Notes: generated by a model not told the origin, from the sequence alone. Shown: positions 24,558 to 34,124, counted from the stretch's first letter. The stretch is DNA of 60,786 nucleotides from a virus (IMGVR_UViG_3300049149_000035:1-60786), one strand, 5' to 3'. Numbers and translations are program-made.

Positions 24558-25405
24558 GGAAAATGATCATCGGCCTGGCCGCCGCGCTGGCGGCCGGGCT
24601 CACGGGCCTGGTGCTGGCGTCCGCGCCCAGCGCCAGCGCCGAGACCGCGCCGGTCTGTACCATCCCGTCCGGCTGGTACGCCAACGCAGACGAACAGGAC
24701 CTCCTCCCCGAGCCCACGGAGCACGGGCTGAAGTTCGAGGGCAAGGACCTGATCCACCACACCACCGACCCGATCGACCTGGCCGACATGGACAAGGTCA
24801 TCGGCACCTTCCACGCCAGCGTGGCGGGCAAGGTGGTCTTCAAGGTCGAGACCAGCAACCCGTACTCCTCGATCATCACGCAGGCGGACGGCAAGCTCTG
24901 GTCCACGGCGATGGACGCCACCCAGGAGGGCGGCCAGAGCCACCCGGTGGACAAGTACTCGGACCTGGTGGGCAAGCCGACCAAGGTGGGCAAGCCCGCG
25001 CTGACCTCGGCCACCCGCGTGGTGACGTTCGGCGTCGGCTACTGGACCGAGACCGGGTCGACCGTCGTCGACTGGATCGCCTTCCACGGCACGAAGTACG
25101 ACCTGAAGTGCCTCTGCGTGAAGCCGACGCCCTCGTCCCCGAGCCCGAGCAGCCCGAGCCCTAGCCGGAGCAGTGCCAGCCCCACGCCAAGCCCGAGCGT
25201 GAGCATGGGTGGCTCGACGTCGCCGAACGCCAGCCCATCGCGCAGCATCGGACTTCCGACCCGGACGATCTTCGCGGGCCAGGTCGGCGACAGCCTGCCG
25301 AAGACCGGCTTCCCGGTCATGGCGGTAGTCCTGATCGCCGTGGGCCTGATCTTCACCGGCCTCTTCCTGCTGCTGCTCGCCCGGCGGCGCAGCGCGACGT
25401 CGTGA
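24554..25405 (+). CDS. Secreted, LPXTG sortase-anchored surface protein
   Basis: Signal peptide ending ASA, Pro/Ser linker, LPKTG + TM + RRR tail. Confidence 0.85.
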   Translation: MRKMIIGLAAALAAGLTGLVLASAPSASAETAPVCTIPSGWYANADEQDLLPEPTEHGLKFEGKDLIHHTTDPIDLADMDKVIGTFHASVAGKVVFKVETSNPYSSIITQADGKLWSTAMDATQEGGQSHPVDKYSDLVGKPTKVGKPALTSATRVVTFGVGYWTETGSTVVDWIAFHGTKYDLKCLCVKPTPSSPSPSSPSPSRSSASPTPSPSVSMGGSTSPNASPSRSIGLPTRTIFAGQVGDSLPKTGFPVMAVVLIAVGLIFTGLFLLLLARRRSATS

Positions 25406-25752
25406 GAGCCGTAACGGCGCTCACGGCTGGTACGGCGGTAGCCCTCCTGGCCTGGGGTGCGTACACCATGTCGCCGAGCTTCCGCGAGGACGGCGACACG
25501 GCCACCCTGAGCGTGGGGTGGGACGCCGGTCCGGCTGAGGTGTCCTGGTCGGTCAACAACGCCCGGACGCCGGTGCTCTTCCTCGGGGAGGGGTTTACGA
25601 AGACCATCCCGGTGAAGCCGGGCGACGTTGTGCGGGTGGACGGCAAGCTGTCCGACCCGAAGGGCGAGATCGACTGCACGATCGTGCGCAAGGGCGTCTC
25701 GCACAAGGACCAGGGTAACGGGCGGTGCACGATGACCGTTACGATCACCTGA
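25402..25752 (+). CDS. MmpS-like membrane-anchored protein
   Basis: N-terminal TM, beta-rich, IDCTI...C. Confidence 0.45.
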   Translation: MRAVTALTAGTAVALLAWGAYTMSPSFREDGDTATLSVGWDAGPAEVSWSVNNARTPVLFLGEGFTKTIPVKPGDVVRVDGKLSDPKGEIDCTIVRKGVSHKDQGNGRCTMTVTIT

Positions 25753-25766
25753 TTGCGAAGGACCGC

Positions 25767-25801
25767 GAAGCCCCGACCCGTTGCACGCGGGCCGGGGCTT
25801 T
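25767..25801 (+). terminator. Intrinsic terminator
   Basis: AAGCCCCG.CCCG...CGGG.CGGGGCTT + T run. Confidence 0.7.
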
Positions 25802-25815
25802 GTCCGTTACGCGGG

Positions 25816-25845
25816 TTGGACCTGCTGTTCACGGTAAGGTATCAT
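25816..25845 (+). promoter_or_regulatory. Promoter (degenerate variant of early family)
   Basis: TTGGAC-18-TATCAT, GTTCAC in spacer. Confidence 0.5.
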
Positions 25846-25879
25846 GTAGTGCGTAGGACAACAGGAGAGGGAGGAACGT

Positions 25880-26218
25880 ATGGGTAAGATTGTGGGCATT
25901 CTGGTGCTCCTGGCGGCCGTTGTCGTGGCCGTCTACCTCTGGACGCAGTCCGGCGGCACGGTGACCGGCGGCAACGTGTTCGAGGTCCTCATGGCCGCGA
26001 TCGGCTTCGGCAAGCAGGCCGGTGGCGTGGTCGTGACGACCGCCAAGCCCACGTTCTCCGAGCTGGTCAGCCAGCCGTGGTTCTACAGTGTGCTGATCGT
26101 CGGCGTGCTGACCTGGCTGGCCATCCGCACGTGGAACAAGATCGGCCCGTGGGGTCGCGGCCTGCTCATGGTGGTGGCCACGATCTTCGTGACGATCACG
26201 GTCGCGAGCTACCGGTGA
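25880..26218 (+). CDS. Membrane protein (3 TM)
   Basis: Strong RBS; three hydrophobic segments. Confidence 0.7.
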   Translation: MGKIVGILVLLAAVVVAVYLWTQSGGTVTGGNVFEVLMAAIGFGKQAGGVVVTTAKPTFSELVSQPWFYSVLIVGVLTWLAIRTWNKIGPWGRGLLMVVATIFVTITVASYR

Positions 26219-26616
26219 AGGTGGCGACAGCTCTCGGCGTCACGGTCGTGTCGATCGTGGCGCTGGGGCTGACCGTGACGGTCGGTAGCAACCTCCGGGA
26301 GGAGCCCGTGCTCCTGGAGATCAAGTGGGAGGCGATGGCCGAGAACCGGTTCGGCCCGAATCCGATCGCCATGACCGCCGCGTGGTCCACCGGCGGCACC
26401 ACGCACAGCGAGGAGATCACCGAACTCGCGGCGCGCGGCGGCTACTGGAGCAAGGGGGTCAGCAAGGAGGCCCCCACGGCGAACACGATCGTGGTGCTGG
26501 TCGCCAGCCCGGCGCAACCGTCTGCGGCCTGGTGCCGGATCACCTCGCGCGACAAGGCAGGGCGCTGGAGGACCAACCACGGGCGTGGTCCAGTGACCTG
26601 CACAGAGGCATACTGA
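26215..26616 (+). CDS. MmpS-like membrane-anchored protein
   Basis: N-terminal TM, AWCRI...VTC. Confidence 0.45.
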   Translation: MKVATALGVTVVSIVALGLTVTVGSNLREEPVLLEIKWEAMAENRFGPNPIAMTAAWSTGGTTHSEEITELAARGGYWSKGVSKEAPTANTIVVLVASPAQPSAAWCRITSRDKAGRWRTNHGRGPVTCTEAY

Positions 26617-26681
26617 ATGACGCGGCGTCAGTCTCACGGGGGCTGGCGCCGCGCTTTCGTCTTCAGGTGGAGGAGAGAGAG

Positions 26682-26954
26682 ATGCTCAACCGCAAGCCCG
26701 GCCAGGTCCAGGAGATGATGTGGGACGGCACCCAGGAGCGCTCCGAGGAGATCGAGACCTGGGCGCGCAACGCCGATCTCATGCCGCGCTGGTTCTGGAG
26801 GCCCGGCTCCGTTGCCCGCCTCCTCGTCGAACGCGAGTTCCCCGAGTCGGCAAGCTGGGAGATCGTGCCGGTAGGCTCGACCGTCCGGCGCGCCTACAAC
26901 GAGACGAACTCACCACTCGACGTGGTGTGGCCTAAGCAGGGAGAGATCGCATGA
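26682..26954 (+). CDS. Hypothetical protein
   Basis: RBS GGAGGAG; RKP..V..M.WDG motif. Confidence 0.6.
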   Translation: MLNRKPGQVQEMMWDGTQERSEEIETWARNADLMPRWFWRPGSVARLLVEREFPESASWEIVPVGSTVRRAYNETNSPLDVVWPKQGEIA

Positions 26955-27619
26955 ACCGAGACGTACACCTGGACGAGTGGCTGGACGGCATCGGGTTCAA
27001 ACCCGCGAACAGCCTGCGCAAACAACTCGGGCACGAAGCCGCCCGGCAGCAGATCGCCGAGGTCGGCCGCCTGCTGCACGGCCTGCTGCCGCCCGGCCGG
27101 GACAAGAGCCTGGTCTTCACGCTCCTGGAGGACGTGCTCATGCGCGCCAACCGGGCGCTGGCCATCGGCGACGGCCCGAACGCCACGCTGGAGACCGACG
27201 TACTCCAGCGCCTCGCCGCGCACGGCCCGCTGGAGCAGGACCCGCGCGTCGAGGACTACAAGGCCGAGCAGCGCGGCGAGGCGTCGGCCGCCGTGCAGGA
27301 GATGGAGCGCGCCAACCTGGCGCCCGCCGGATTCGAGGACGTCGACCCGACCGGCCCCGAGACCCTGCGGCTCGGCTTCACCGACACCGCCGGGACCGTC
27401 TTCGAGATCACCGGGGAGCACGCGAGCCAAGGCGGCTACGTCCAGGTGGCCACGACCGTGCCGATCGAGCGCTGGCAGCAGTACGAGCCCGGCTCGATGC
27501 CCGCCTTCACCGATGGCCGCGACGGCTGGTGGCACACCATCGACAGCCCGACGACCCTGAACGCGCTCCTCGCCGGGCTGGCCCGCGCGGGGGAGCTGGC
27601 GTTCGGTACGCTCGACTGA
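26951..27619 (+). CDS. Acb2/Tad1-like N-terminal domain fused to unknown domain
   Basis: F.P...HEAAR...LLPPGRDKSLVFTLLEDVLMRANRALA resembles Acb2-family helical hairpin. Confidence 0.5.
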   Translation: MNRDVHLDEWLDGIGFKPANSLRKQLGHEAARQQIAEVGRLLHGLLPPGRDKSLVFTLLEDVLMRANRALAIGDGPNATLETDVLQRLAAHGPLEQDPRVEDYKAEQRGEASAAVQEMERANLAPAGFEDVDPTGPETLRLGFTDTAGTVFEITGEHASQGGYVQVATTVPIERWQQYEPGSMPAFTDGRDGWWHTIDSPTTLNALLAGLARAGELAFGTLD

Positions 27620-27702
27620 GGACGCACGGCCCCGGGTGACAGCGGGAGGGTACGAGGAAGGGCTCCAGCATGGCGCTGGAGCCCTTCTCGCGTCTCGGGG
27701 GT

Positions 27703-28218
27703 CTACATGTACTCCATCACGTAGCACTGGCGCCCCTGCGGGCATCCGAGGACATGCCGCGCCACCTCCTCGCCGAACGGCGCGCCCTGTGTCGTCCAGA
27801 GCCGCCAGCGTCCGGAGTCGTCCAGCTCTTTGGTGTCCGATCCGGTCGCCACCTCGCCCGTCGCCCCGGCGATCATCCCGCCGCAGGTGCACTTGAAGAT
27901 CGTCCCGCTCGGGTCGGCCGCCAGCACCAGGGGATTCCTCCACCTGATCGTCACGACCACCTCGCCACCGACAGCCGACGCCATCCGGACCAGCGTGCCG
28001 ATCAGCGCGTTACTCCACCTGCGGTTGAGAACGTGCGACACGGTGGCCTGCGTCGTGCCGATCCGCGCACCGAACTGCCGCTGCGAGATCCCCACGACCT
28101 TCTGCATCTCGGCCAGCCGGTCGGCCGCGTAGTCCAGGATCCCGCGCACGCTGCGCGCCTCCCATGGCCGCAGCTCGCCGCGCGCCCGCCGCTCCTGGCT
28201 CAGGTACAGGCCGCTCAC
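27703..28218 (-). CDS. XRE HTH regulator with C-terminal Cys/His motif
   Basis: GISQRQFGARIGTTQATVSHVLN...TLVRMASAVG; CTCG...H..GC. Confidence 0.7.
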   Translation of the reverse strand: MSGLYLSQERRARGELRPWEARSVRGILDYAADRLAEMQKVVGISQRQFGARIGTTQATVSHVLNRRWSNALIGTLVRMASAVGGEVVVTIRWRNPLVLAADPSGTIFKCTCGGMIAGATGEVATGSDTKELDDSGRWRLWTTQGAPFGEEVARHVLGCPQGRQCYVMEYM

Positions 28219-28625
28219 TCCTCCTCCGCCCATTCCTCGTTGAGCACCCGCGTGACCGGGTACTCCAGCGCGTTCCCCTGCCGCACCTGCGACGGCCACG
28301 GCCCGAACGGGCCGCCCGCCTCCCGCACGGCCACGGCGCGCCACGTCTCCACGGCCCGCTGGTACCGGGCGCCCGCCCGCTCCATGGCCTCGATCCGCAG
28401 GCGCTGGATCGTCAGGTCGGCGGCGGCCACCTCCACCGGCGGCGGCTCGTCGTAGTGCACGTGCCCGTGGCCCGGGTGCCAGTGCGGTGGGTGCTCCCGC
28501 TGCCACGCCGAGATCACGGCGTACGCGTCGGCGAACTCCAGCGTCTGCGTGGCGCGGTCCAGCTCCTCCATGATCCATTCGGCGTGCGGCATGCGGTGGC
28601 CACCACCCTTCACAACTCGATACAT
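28215..28625 (-). CDS. Hypothetical protein
   Basis: ORF coupled to downstream HTH gene; start uncertain. Confidence 0.5.
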   Translation of the reverse strand: MYRVVKGGGHRMPHAEWIMEELDRATQTLEFADAYAVISAWQREHPPHWHPGHGHVHYDEPPPVEVAAADLTIQRLRIEAMERAGARYQRAVETWRAVAVREAGGPFGPWPSQVRQGNALEYPVTRVLNEEWAEEE

Positions 28626-28686
28626 GAGCGTCGATCTCTCTCCGAACTCGATCAGTCAAATCTCACCCTGCGTAGCCGCTTTCCAG

Positions 28687-28911
28687 CTAGGCTGACCTGG
28701 CAATACCCACCCGGCGCCTACGGTCCGTAGGCTTCGACCACCGGCCGATATGCCACAGCGAACACTCGTCACACAGGTAGATGTGCACCGAAGGCCCGTA
28801 CACCCCCGTGCGCGCGATCATCCGTCCCCGCGCCACCTCCGCAAGCTCCCGAGACCGGATCCCCCTCTTCGGCTTCCCCTCGGCCGTGCGATGCATCGAC
28901 TTGCGCGGCAT
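28687..28911 (-). CDS. Small basic zinc-finger protein
   Basis: IYLCDECSLWHIG. Confidence 0.65.
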   Translation of the reverse strand: MPRKSMHRTAEGKPKRGIRSRELAEVARGRMIARTGVYGPSVHIYLCDECSLWHIGRWSKPTDRRRRVGIARSA

Positions 28912-29624
28912 CAGCCCTGCCCGCCTTCCAACGCCTCCAGCTCACCGTGCAGAGCCTGCCGCAGATCAGCGGGCAGCAGCGGCCACACCAGCCGACGACA
29001 CTCCGAACACCGGCACTGCGGCCACCGGTTGTTCTGCTCTCCGAATGACGCCGACACCATCGGATGCCCGACCGCGTACCGGCGCCACGCCTCCAGGCGC
29101 AGAGCTTCCACCGCCAGCGGCCCGCGCCCGTGCGGCTCAGGCTCCCCGGACGGAGCCTCCTGGGCCAGGAACGCTTGCCACACCTGCTCCCGGGCCTGCT
29201 CCAGCGGGGTCACCACCGTCCGCGTCGTCCCGCGCTTCTGCGCCATCGTCGCCAGCGTCTCCGCAGCCGACAGCACGTCACCCAGGTCCAGGGCCAGCTC
29301 CTTGATCGCCTCCTGCCGCGACATGGCGGCCTGCTCGAAGAGCCGCTTCTGCTCCTCCTCCAGGAGAATCATGCCCAGCGTGATGCGGTTCGCCAGCCGG
29401 TCGGCGGCCTCCAGCGGCGCGCCCTCGTCGTGCAGCGCCTGCCGGACCACCTGAACCAGCGACGACGCGGGCCGGTTCGGCAGGAAGCCCCGATGCGAAA
29501 GCCAGGCACTGAGGGCGTCCCATGCCTCAGTCAGATCCCACGCGGCGCTGGAGCTGACCCCCAGCTCGTTGCTTGCCTCTGTCACGGCCGCTGCGACGCG
29601 ACCGCACGCCTCGTGGATGTCCAT
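28911..29624 (-). CDS. Hypothetical protein with CxCxxC motif
   Basis: WDALSAWLSHRGFLP motif, coiled coil, CRCSECR. Confidence 0.55.
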   Translation of the reverse strand: MDIHEACGRVAAAVTEASNELGVSSSAAWDLTEAWDALSAWLSHRGFLPNRPASSLVQVVRQALHDEGAPLEAADRLANRITLGMILLEEEQKRLFEQAAMSRQEAIKELALDLGDVLSAAETLATMAQKRGTTRTVVTPLEQAREQVWQAFLAQEAPSGEPEPHGRGPLAVEALRLEAWRRYAVGHPMVSASFGEQNNRWPQCRCSECRRLVWPLLPADLRQALHGELEALEGGQG

Positions 29625-29629
29625 CCCGC

Positions 29630-29722
29630 TCACCGTGTCCACCAGATGGCCAGCGCCGTACCGCAGATGCTCCACACCGACAGCAGGAACGCGATCGGCC
29701 AATCGCTCTTCTTCGTCTCCAC
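29630..29722 (-). CDS. 30-aa single-TM peptide
   Basis: RBS AAGGAG, METKKSDWPIAFLLSVWSICGTALAIWWTR. Confidence 0.45.
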   Translation of the reverse strand: METKKSDWPIAFLLSVWSICGTALAIWWTR

Positions 29723-29845
29723 GTGCTTCTCCTTCGTGAGGCCCCGGGCCGGAGGGAAGGCCCGGCCCGGGGCGGCTTGTGTCGATCTCTTCCAGACGAT
29801 ATCCTGTATCCCGTGGGTAAACAAGGCCCACGCGATGGGAGAGAG

Positions 29846-31433
29846 ATGGACCTGATCACACACGAGGAATGGAAGATCATCGGGTGGGTGACCCTGCTGC
29901 TCTTCCTGGGCGTCTCCGCTGGATACGGCACCTTCGTAAGCCGTCGACACGGCCTGCTCGCAGGCGCGGTCGCGGCGTCCGTATGGTTCGCGGGTTCGGT
30001 CTTCCTGTTCGCCTACGGAAGGGGGCCGCTGTAATGGGGCTCATCAAATTCGGTCTGCTCTGCCTGGTCGCGGTCCTCATCGCGATCGTCTCGGATCGGC
30101 TCGGCAAGGCCACCCCGATTCCCCCCCTCGTCTGGGGGATCGCGTTCAGCGCGTTCGTCGTCGGGGTGGCCTACTACCTGGGGTTTCTGCGGTGACCGCC
30201 ACCGGCCCCGGAGCGCACATCGCACTCTGGGCGTGGCTCGCGATCGGCGCGGGGGTGTCCTTCTTCGCCTTCTGGCACCTGAAGGTGGACATCGCGCACC
30301 ACAAGCGGCACTGGGCGGTCTTCGTGGTCTGCATGGCCATCTGGACCGTCATCGGCGCCGTGCTCGGCATCGTCGGATAGGAGAGGGAATGCGCTGGTAC
30401 CAAACGCTCCTGCTCATCGGGCTGATCATCATGTCCGGCTGGTACAGCTACCAGATGGGCGTGGACCACGGAAAGGCGGTCTGCCCGGCCGTGAGCCCCA
30501 AGTGAAGCGCGTATGGCGCTGGCTGACCGCGATCAGCTTCGGCGTGGCCCTCGGGGCCCTGGCGTACGGGGTGACCAAGCTCAACTTGGAGCTTCCCAAG
30601 GACTCCCGGCCGTTCGGCAACGTCGACCCCCGCACGGTGGCGCCCATCGTCGCGGCCCTGGGCGCCGCCGGAAGTAATCTCTACCTGCTCACCACCCGGG
30701 GGACGAAGTGAGCGCCTACGAGCTGTTCGAGCTGGGCGGAAAGGGGCTGCTGTGCGTCGGCGCCTCGCTTGCCCTGATCGGGCTCATCTTCGTGATCCTG
30801 ACGCCGTACAAGGCCCTGGGGAAGCTCGGGCTGTACGGGGCGCTCTTCGTGGCCCTGTGCTGGCTGGGCGTGCACTTCGCGACGGGGGCGATGCGTTGAT
30901 GGCGGTCTTCCTGATCACCGGATGGATGCTGGTCAGCGCCGCGTTCGGTGCCGGAGTCGCAGCCCAGAACGGCTACCCGCCCATGGCGGGCGCGTTCGCC
31001 GGGGTGGCCGCCGGGACCGCGATCGGCTGGCTGCTGTACCGGCTGCTGCTCTGGATCGCAGGGGAGTAGCCGATGAAGGACCGCGACATCCCGTTGCGGG
31101 TGCTGGCCTGCCTGATCGGCGGGCTGTCCGTCATGTCGTTCGTGGGCTTCGGCACCCGGGCGCAGGGTGAAGCCGCGTCCGGGTGGGCGCTCATGGGCGC
31201 GTTCCTGCTCGGATTCGGCCTGATCGCCGTGCTCGTGGCACCGAAGAAGTAGCTGGAGGAGAGAGATGTTCAAGTTCATGGTCTCGGTCGGCATCGGCGC
31301 GATCGTGCTGCCGGTCGCATGGGTCTTCGTGATGGCGGGGATCCATCGGCACGCCGATGGCGTGGAGCTGATGATGGTGGCGGTCGCGGGGGCGCTCCTC
31401 GGCGGACTGGCCGCGATCAAGCAGGTGCGGTGA
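29846..31433 (+). other. Operon of nine tandem small membrane proteins (29846-30034, 30034-30195, 30192-30380, 30389-30505, 30502-30711, 30708-30899, 30899-31069, 31073-31252, 31266-31433)
   Basis: Each 38-69 aa with 1-2 TM helices; coupled by TAATG/GTGA/TGATG overlaps or GGAG RBS. Confidence 0.75.
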
Positions 31434-31451
31434 CGGTCAGAACGTAAGACA

Positions 31452-31486
31452 AAGAAGGCCCCCGGCGACGAGCCGGGGGCCTTCTT
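31452..31486. terminator. Bidirectional terminator
   Basis: AAGAAGGCCCCCGGC-GACGA-GCCGGGGGCCTTCTT between convergent genes. Confidence 0.85.
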
Positions 31487-31497
31487 CTGTCCCGGGA

Positions 31498-31689
31498 CTA
31501 CATGCCCCACCCCTGCGGCATGCTGGCCATGGCGTACGCCAGAAGGCGTCGTGCCAGGTCAGCGGGTGTGACCCCCTCATCTCGGGCGCGGTTCTCGATG
31601 GCCTCCTTGGACGCCTTCTTGATCCTCACGTTGAACACAATGCGCGCGTCGCCGGACGGTACGGGTCCGGGAGGTTTTCGCTGCTCCAT
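31498..31689 (-). CDS. Ribbon-helix-helix (CopG/Arc-like) DNA-binding protein
   Basis: IVFNVRI...KEAIENRARDEGVTPADLARRLL. Confidence 0.7.
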   Translation of the reverse strand: MEQRKPPGPVPSGDARIVFNVRIKKASKEAIENRARDEGVTPADLARRLLAYAMASMPQGWGM

Positions 31690-31738
31690 GCGTCTTACGC
31701 TATCACTTCGTATACGGGGTCTGCTACGCTTCTCAGCC

Positions 31739-32026
31739 ATGAAGCTGACCCTCGCCGCTCTCGGCGTTCTCGTCGCGGTCGCGACGGGCGCCGGAACCCT
31801 CACCGCGACCTACGCATCCTGGTGCGCACCGCCCGATCTTGCAGCCGCGCTCTACGTCTCGGTGCTGGTGCTGCTCTGGCTCGGAACCACTCTGATCCTG
31901 CCCAAGCCGAAGCGGAGGCGACATGTCCCGGCGCGCGCTGCTACTGGCATCGCTCGGCGCCGTGCTCTCGCTCGGGCGGCCAGAGCCGCGCTGGCGCCCC
32001 GTCTTCGAGGAGTACTGGACGCCTGA
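31739..32026 (+). CDS. Membrane protein (2 TM, basic tail)
   Basis: Two hydrophobic segments then K/R-rich tail. Confidence 0.5.
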   Translation: MKLTLAALGVLVAVATGAGTLTATYASWCAPPDLAAALYVSVLVLLWLGTTLILPKPKRRRHVPARAATGIARRRALARAARAALAPRLRGVLDA

Positions 32027-32081
32027 GGGCGCGCACGGCTACCGCAAGATCTGGCGGCTGGTGGCCGGATAGCCTCGAAGG

Positions 32082-33608
32082 GTGTCGAAGTCCGCGAAGT
32101 CCGAGCTGGCGCTCCTGTCGCCCGAACAACAGGCGGCCTGGCTGGCGGGCCTCGAAGACTGGGCCCTGGAGGACATCGCCCGTGGCGAGTGGTGGTTCAC
32201 CGCGCGCCCCGAGCAGAAAGCTCCACCTGGAGACTGGTTCGTCTGGCTGCTCCTCGCGGGCCGGGGCTTCGGCAAGACCCGCACCTGCGCCGAGTGGCTC
32301 GCCGAGCGGGCACTTCGCTACCCGGCCGACATCACCGGGTTCCGCACCGAGTGGCTGATCATCGCCGAGACGCTCACGGACGGCCTGCGGCTGTGCGTGC
32401 AGGGCCCGGCGGGCATCCAGCGCGTGCTGGAGCGGCGGCTCGGTCCCGAGAAGCGCTCGATCCACGACGGCTCGGGGAAGTGGAAGCTCTACAAGGGCCA
32501 GAAGCCGTCGATCCAGGTGTTCGGCAAGCTCGACAGCGACGGCCAGACGATGGTCTACGGCGGTCGCGAAGAAGCCCAGGTGTTCTACATCGAGGGCGCC
32601 GACGACGAGGACGTGGGCCGAGGCTACAACGCGGCGGGCGCGTGGCTCGACGAGTTCGCCAAGTGGCCCAAGCCGGACGGCTCCTGGATCGAGGGCATCG
32701 CCCCCTCGCTGCGCGCCGAGCTGCCGGACGGCGACTTCCCCCGCGTCGTGGTCGCCACCACGCCGAAGCTGGTCGTCCAGCTCGTGGAGTGGCAGGACCG
32801 CAAGGACGGGACCGTAGTCATCACCTCGGGCTCGACGTACGAGAACAGCTCGAACCTCCCGGCCCAGACCCTCGCCGAGCTGCACAAGCGGTACCACGGC
32901 ACCCGGCTCGGACGGCAGGAGCTGGGCGGCGAGCTGATCCGCGAGATCGAGGGCTCGATGTGGAAGCTCGACTGGATCGAGCGGGACCGCGTCCGGCCGG
33001 AGCATCTGCCCACGCTCGTGTACCGCGTCGTCGCCGTCGACCCGGCGGGCACCGGCACCCGCGACGAGTCCGGCCTCATCTGCACGGCGCGTGGCGCGGA
33101 CGGACATGACTACGTGATCGGCGACTGGTCGGCGCAGATCGCCGGGTACGAGGCCGCCCGGCGCGCGTGGGAGATGGTGCTCGCCTACCAGGCCCACCAC
33201 CTGGTGATCGAGACCAACATGGCCAAGAAGTGGGTCTTGGACGTGGTGAAGCAGGTCTACGGCCAGATGCAGAAGGAGGGCCTGTTCCCGACCGGCGGCG
33301 CCGCGCCGATCAAGCAGGTGCACGCCCGCGTCGGCAAGGAGCTGCGCGCCGAGCCGGTCGCCGCACGCTACGAACAGGGCGGCCGGGTGCACCACGTCAA
33401 GGGCCAGGGCCTCGCCGACCTGGAGACGCAGCAGATCTCCTGGGTACCCCGCGAGACCAAGGACAGCCCGGACCGGGTGGACGCCCTGGTGTACGGGGAG
33501 CTGGCGCTGTACGACCGCGAGGGCGAGAGCATGGGCGCCGTGAGCCCGGTCTCGAAGGTGCTGCCCACCACGTCCATGAGCCCGCTCGCGGCCTCGCGTC
33601 CCGTGTAG
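32082..33608 (+). CDS. terL: Terminase large subunit
   Basis: Walker A AGRGFGKT, Walker B WLDEFA, nuclease VAVDPA and SPDRVDAL. Confidence 0.95.
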   Translation: MSKSAKSELALLSPEQQAAWLAGLEDWALEDIARGEWWFTARPEQKAPPGDWFVWLLLAGRGFGKTRTCAEWLAERALRYPADITGFRTEWLIIAETLTDGLRLCVQGPAGIQRVLERRLGPEKRSIHDGSGKWKLYKGQKPSIQVFGKLDSDGQTMVYGGREEAQVFYIEGADDEDVGRGYNAAGAWLDEFAKWPKPDGSWIEGIAPSLRAELPDGDFPRVVVATTPKLVVQLVEWQDRKDGTVVITSGSTYENSSNLPAQTLAELHKRYHGTRLGRQELGGELIREIEGSMWKLDWIERDRVRPEHLPTLVYRVVAVDPAGTGTRDESGLICTARGADGHDYVIGDWSAQIAGYEAARRAWEMVLAYQAHHLVIETNMAKKWVLDVVKQVYGQMQKEGLFPTGGAAPIKQVHARVGKELRAEPVAARYEQGGRVHHVKGQGLADLETQQISWVPRETKDSPDRVDALVYGELALYDREGESMGAVSPVSKVLPTTSMSPLAASRPV

Positions 33609-33630
33609 TGCCGGTGGTAACATGTTGGCC

Positions 33631-33972
33631 ATGAGCAGACTCAGGAGAGGGACGGTGGCCTTTCCCTGGCCGCTGACCTGGAACGACACGCCCACGTCGC
33701 AGAAGGACATCCTGCGCGCCCGCGCGGAGGCGGTCGCACGGGCCAAGGGCTACCTGGTGCTTCCGGCCATACCGGGCGAGGAGTACAGGGGGATCATTTC
33801 GTACCTGATGTTCCGCGCGGTGGAGCCCCCGGACATGCTGGCGTGGCTGTCGACGAACGACGGCTATGAACGCTTCTTCACCACGAGCGACCCCATGACC
33901 TTCACGATCGAGACGATCGACGCGGCGGGCAACTACGAGGAGACCGCGATCACCGGCGAGTGGTTTGCGTGA
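33631..33972 (+). CDS. Hypothetical protein
   Basis: ORF after terL. Confidence 0.55.
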   Translation: MSRLRRGTVAFPWPLTWNDTPTSQKDILRARAEAVARAKGYLVLPAIPGEEYRGIISYLMFRAVEPPDMLAWLSTNDGYERFFTTSDPMTFTIETIDAAGNYEETAITGEWFA

Positions 33973-34124
33973 CCGGCCGCGACATCCCCGACTTCGGGAT
34001 CATGTGCCGGTGTGGGCCCGACTGCTGCTGCGCCGAGGGCCAGGGGCACCGGCACCCCGATTACGCGCAGTGGGAAGCCGAGCAGCGCGAGCAGGACGAG
34101 AGTGAGGAGACCGCAGGTGAATGA
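33969..34124 (+). CDS. 51-aa Cys/His-rich peptide (not in ORF track)
   Basis: MTGRDIPDFGIMCRCGPDCCCAEGQGHRHPDY...; GTGA overlap, fills gap. Confidence 0.45.
   Translation: MTGRDIPDFGIMCRCGPDCCCAEGQGHRHPDYAQWEAEQREQDESEETAGE

Noticed and set aside
25125-25245. Short tandem CCGAGC-type repeats
   Set aside because: They encode the Pro/Ser stalk of the LPXTG protein.
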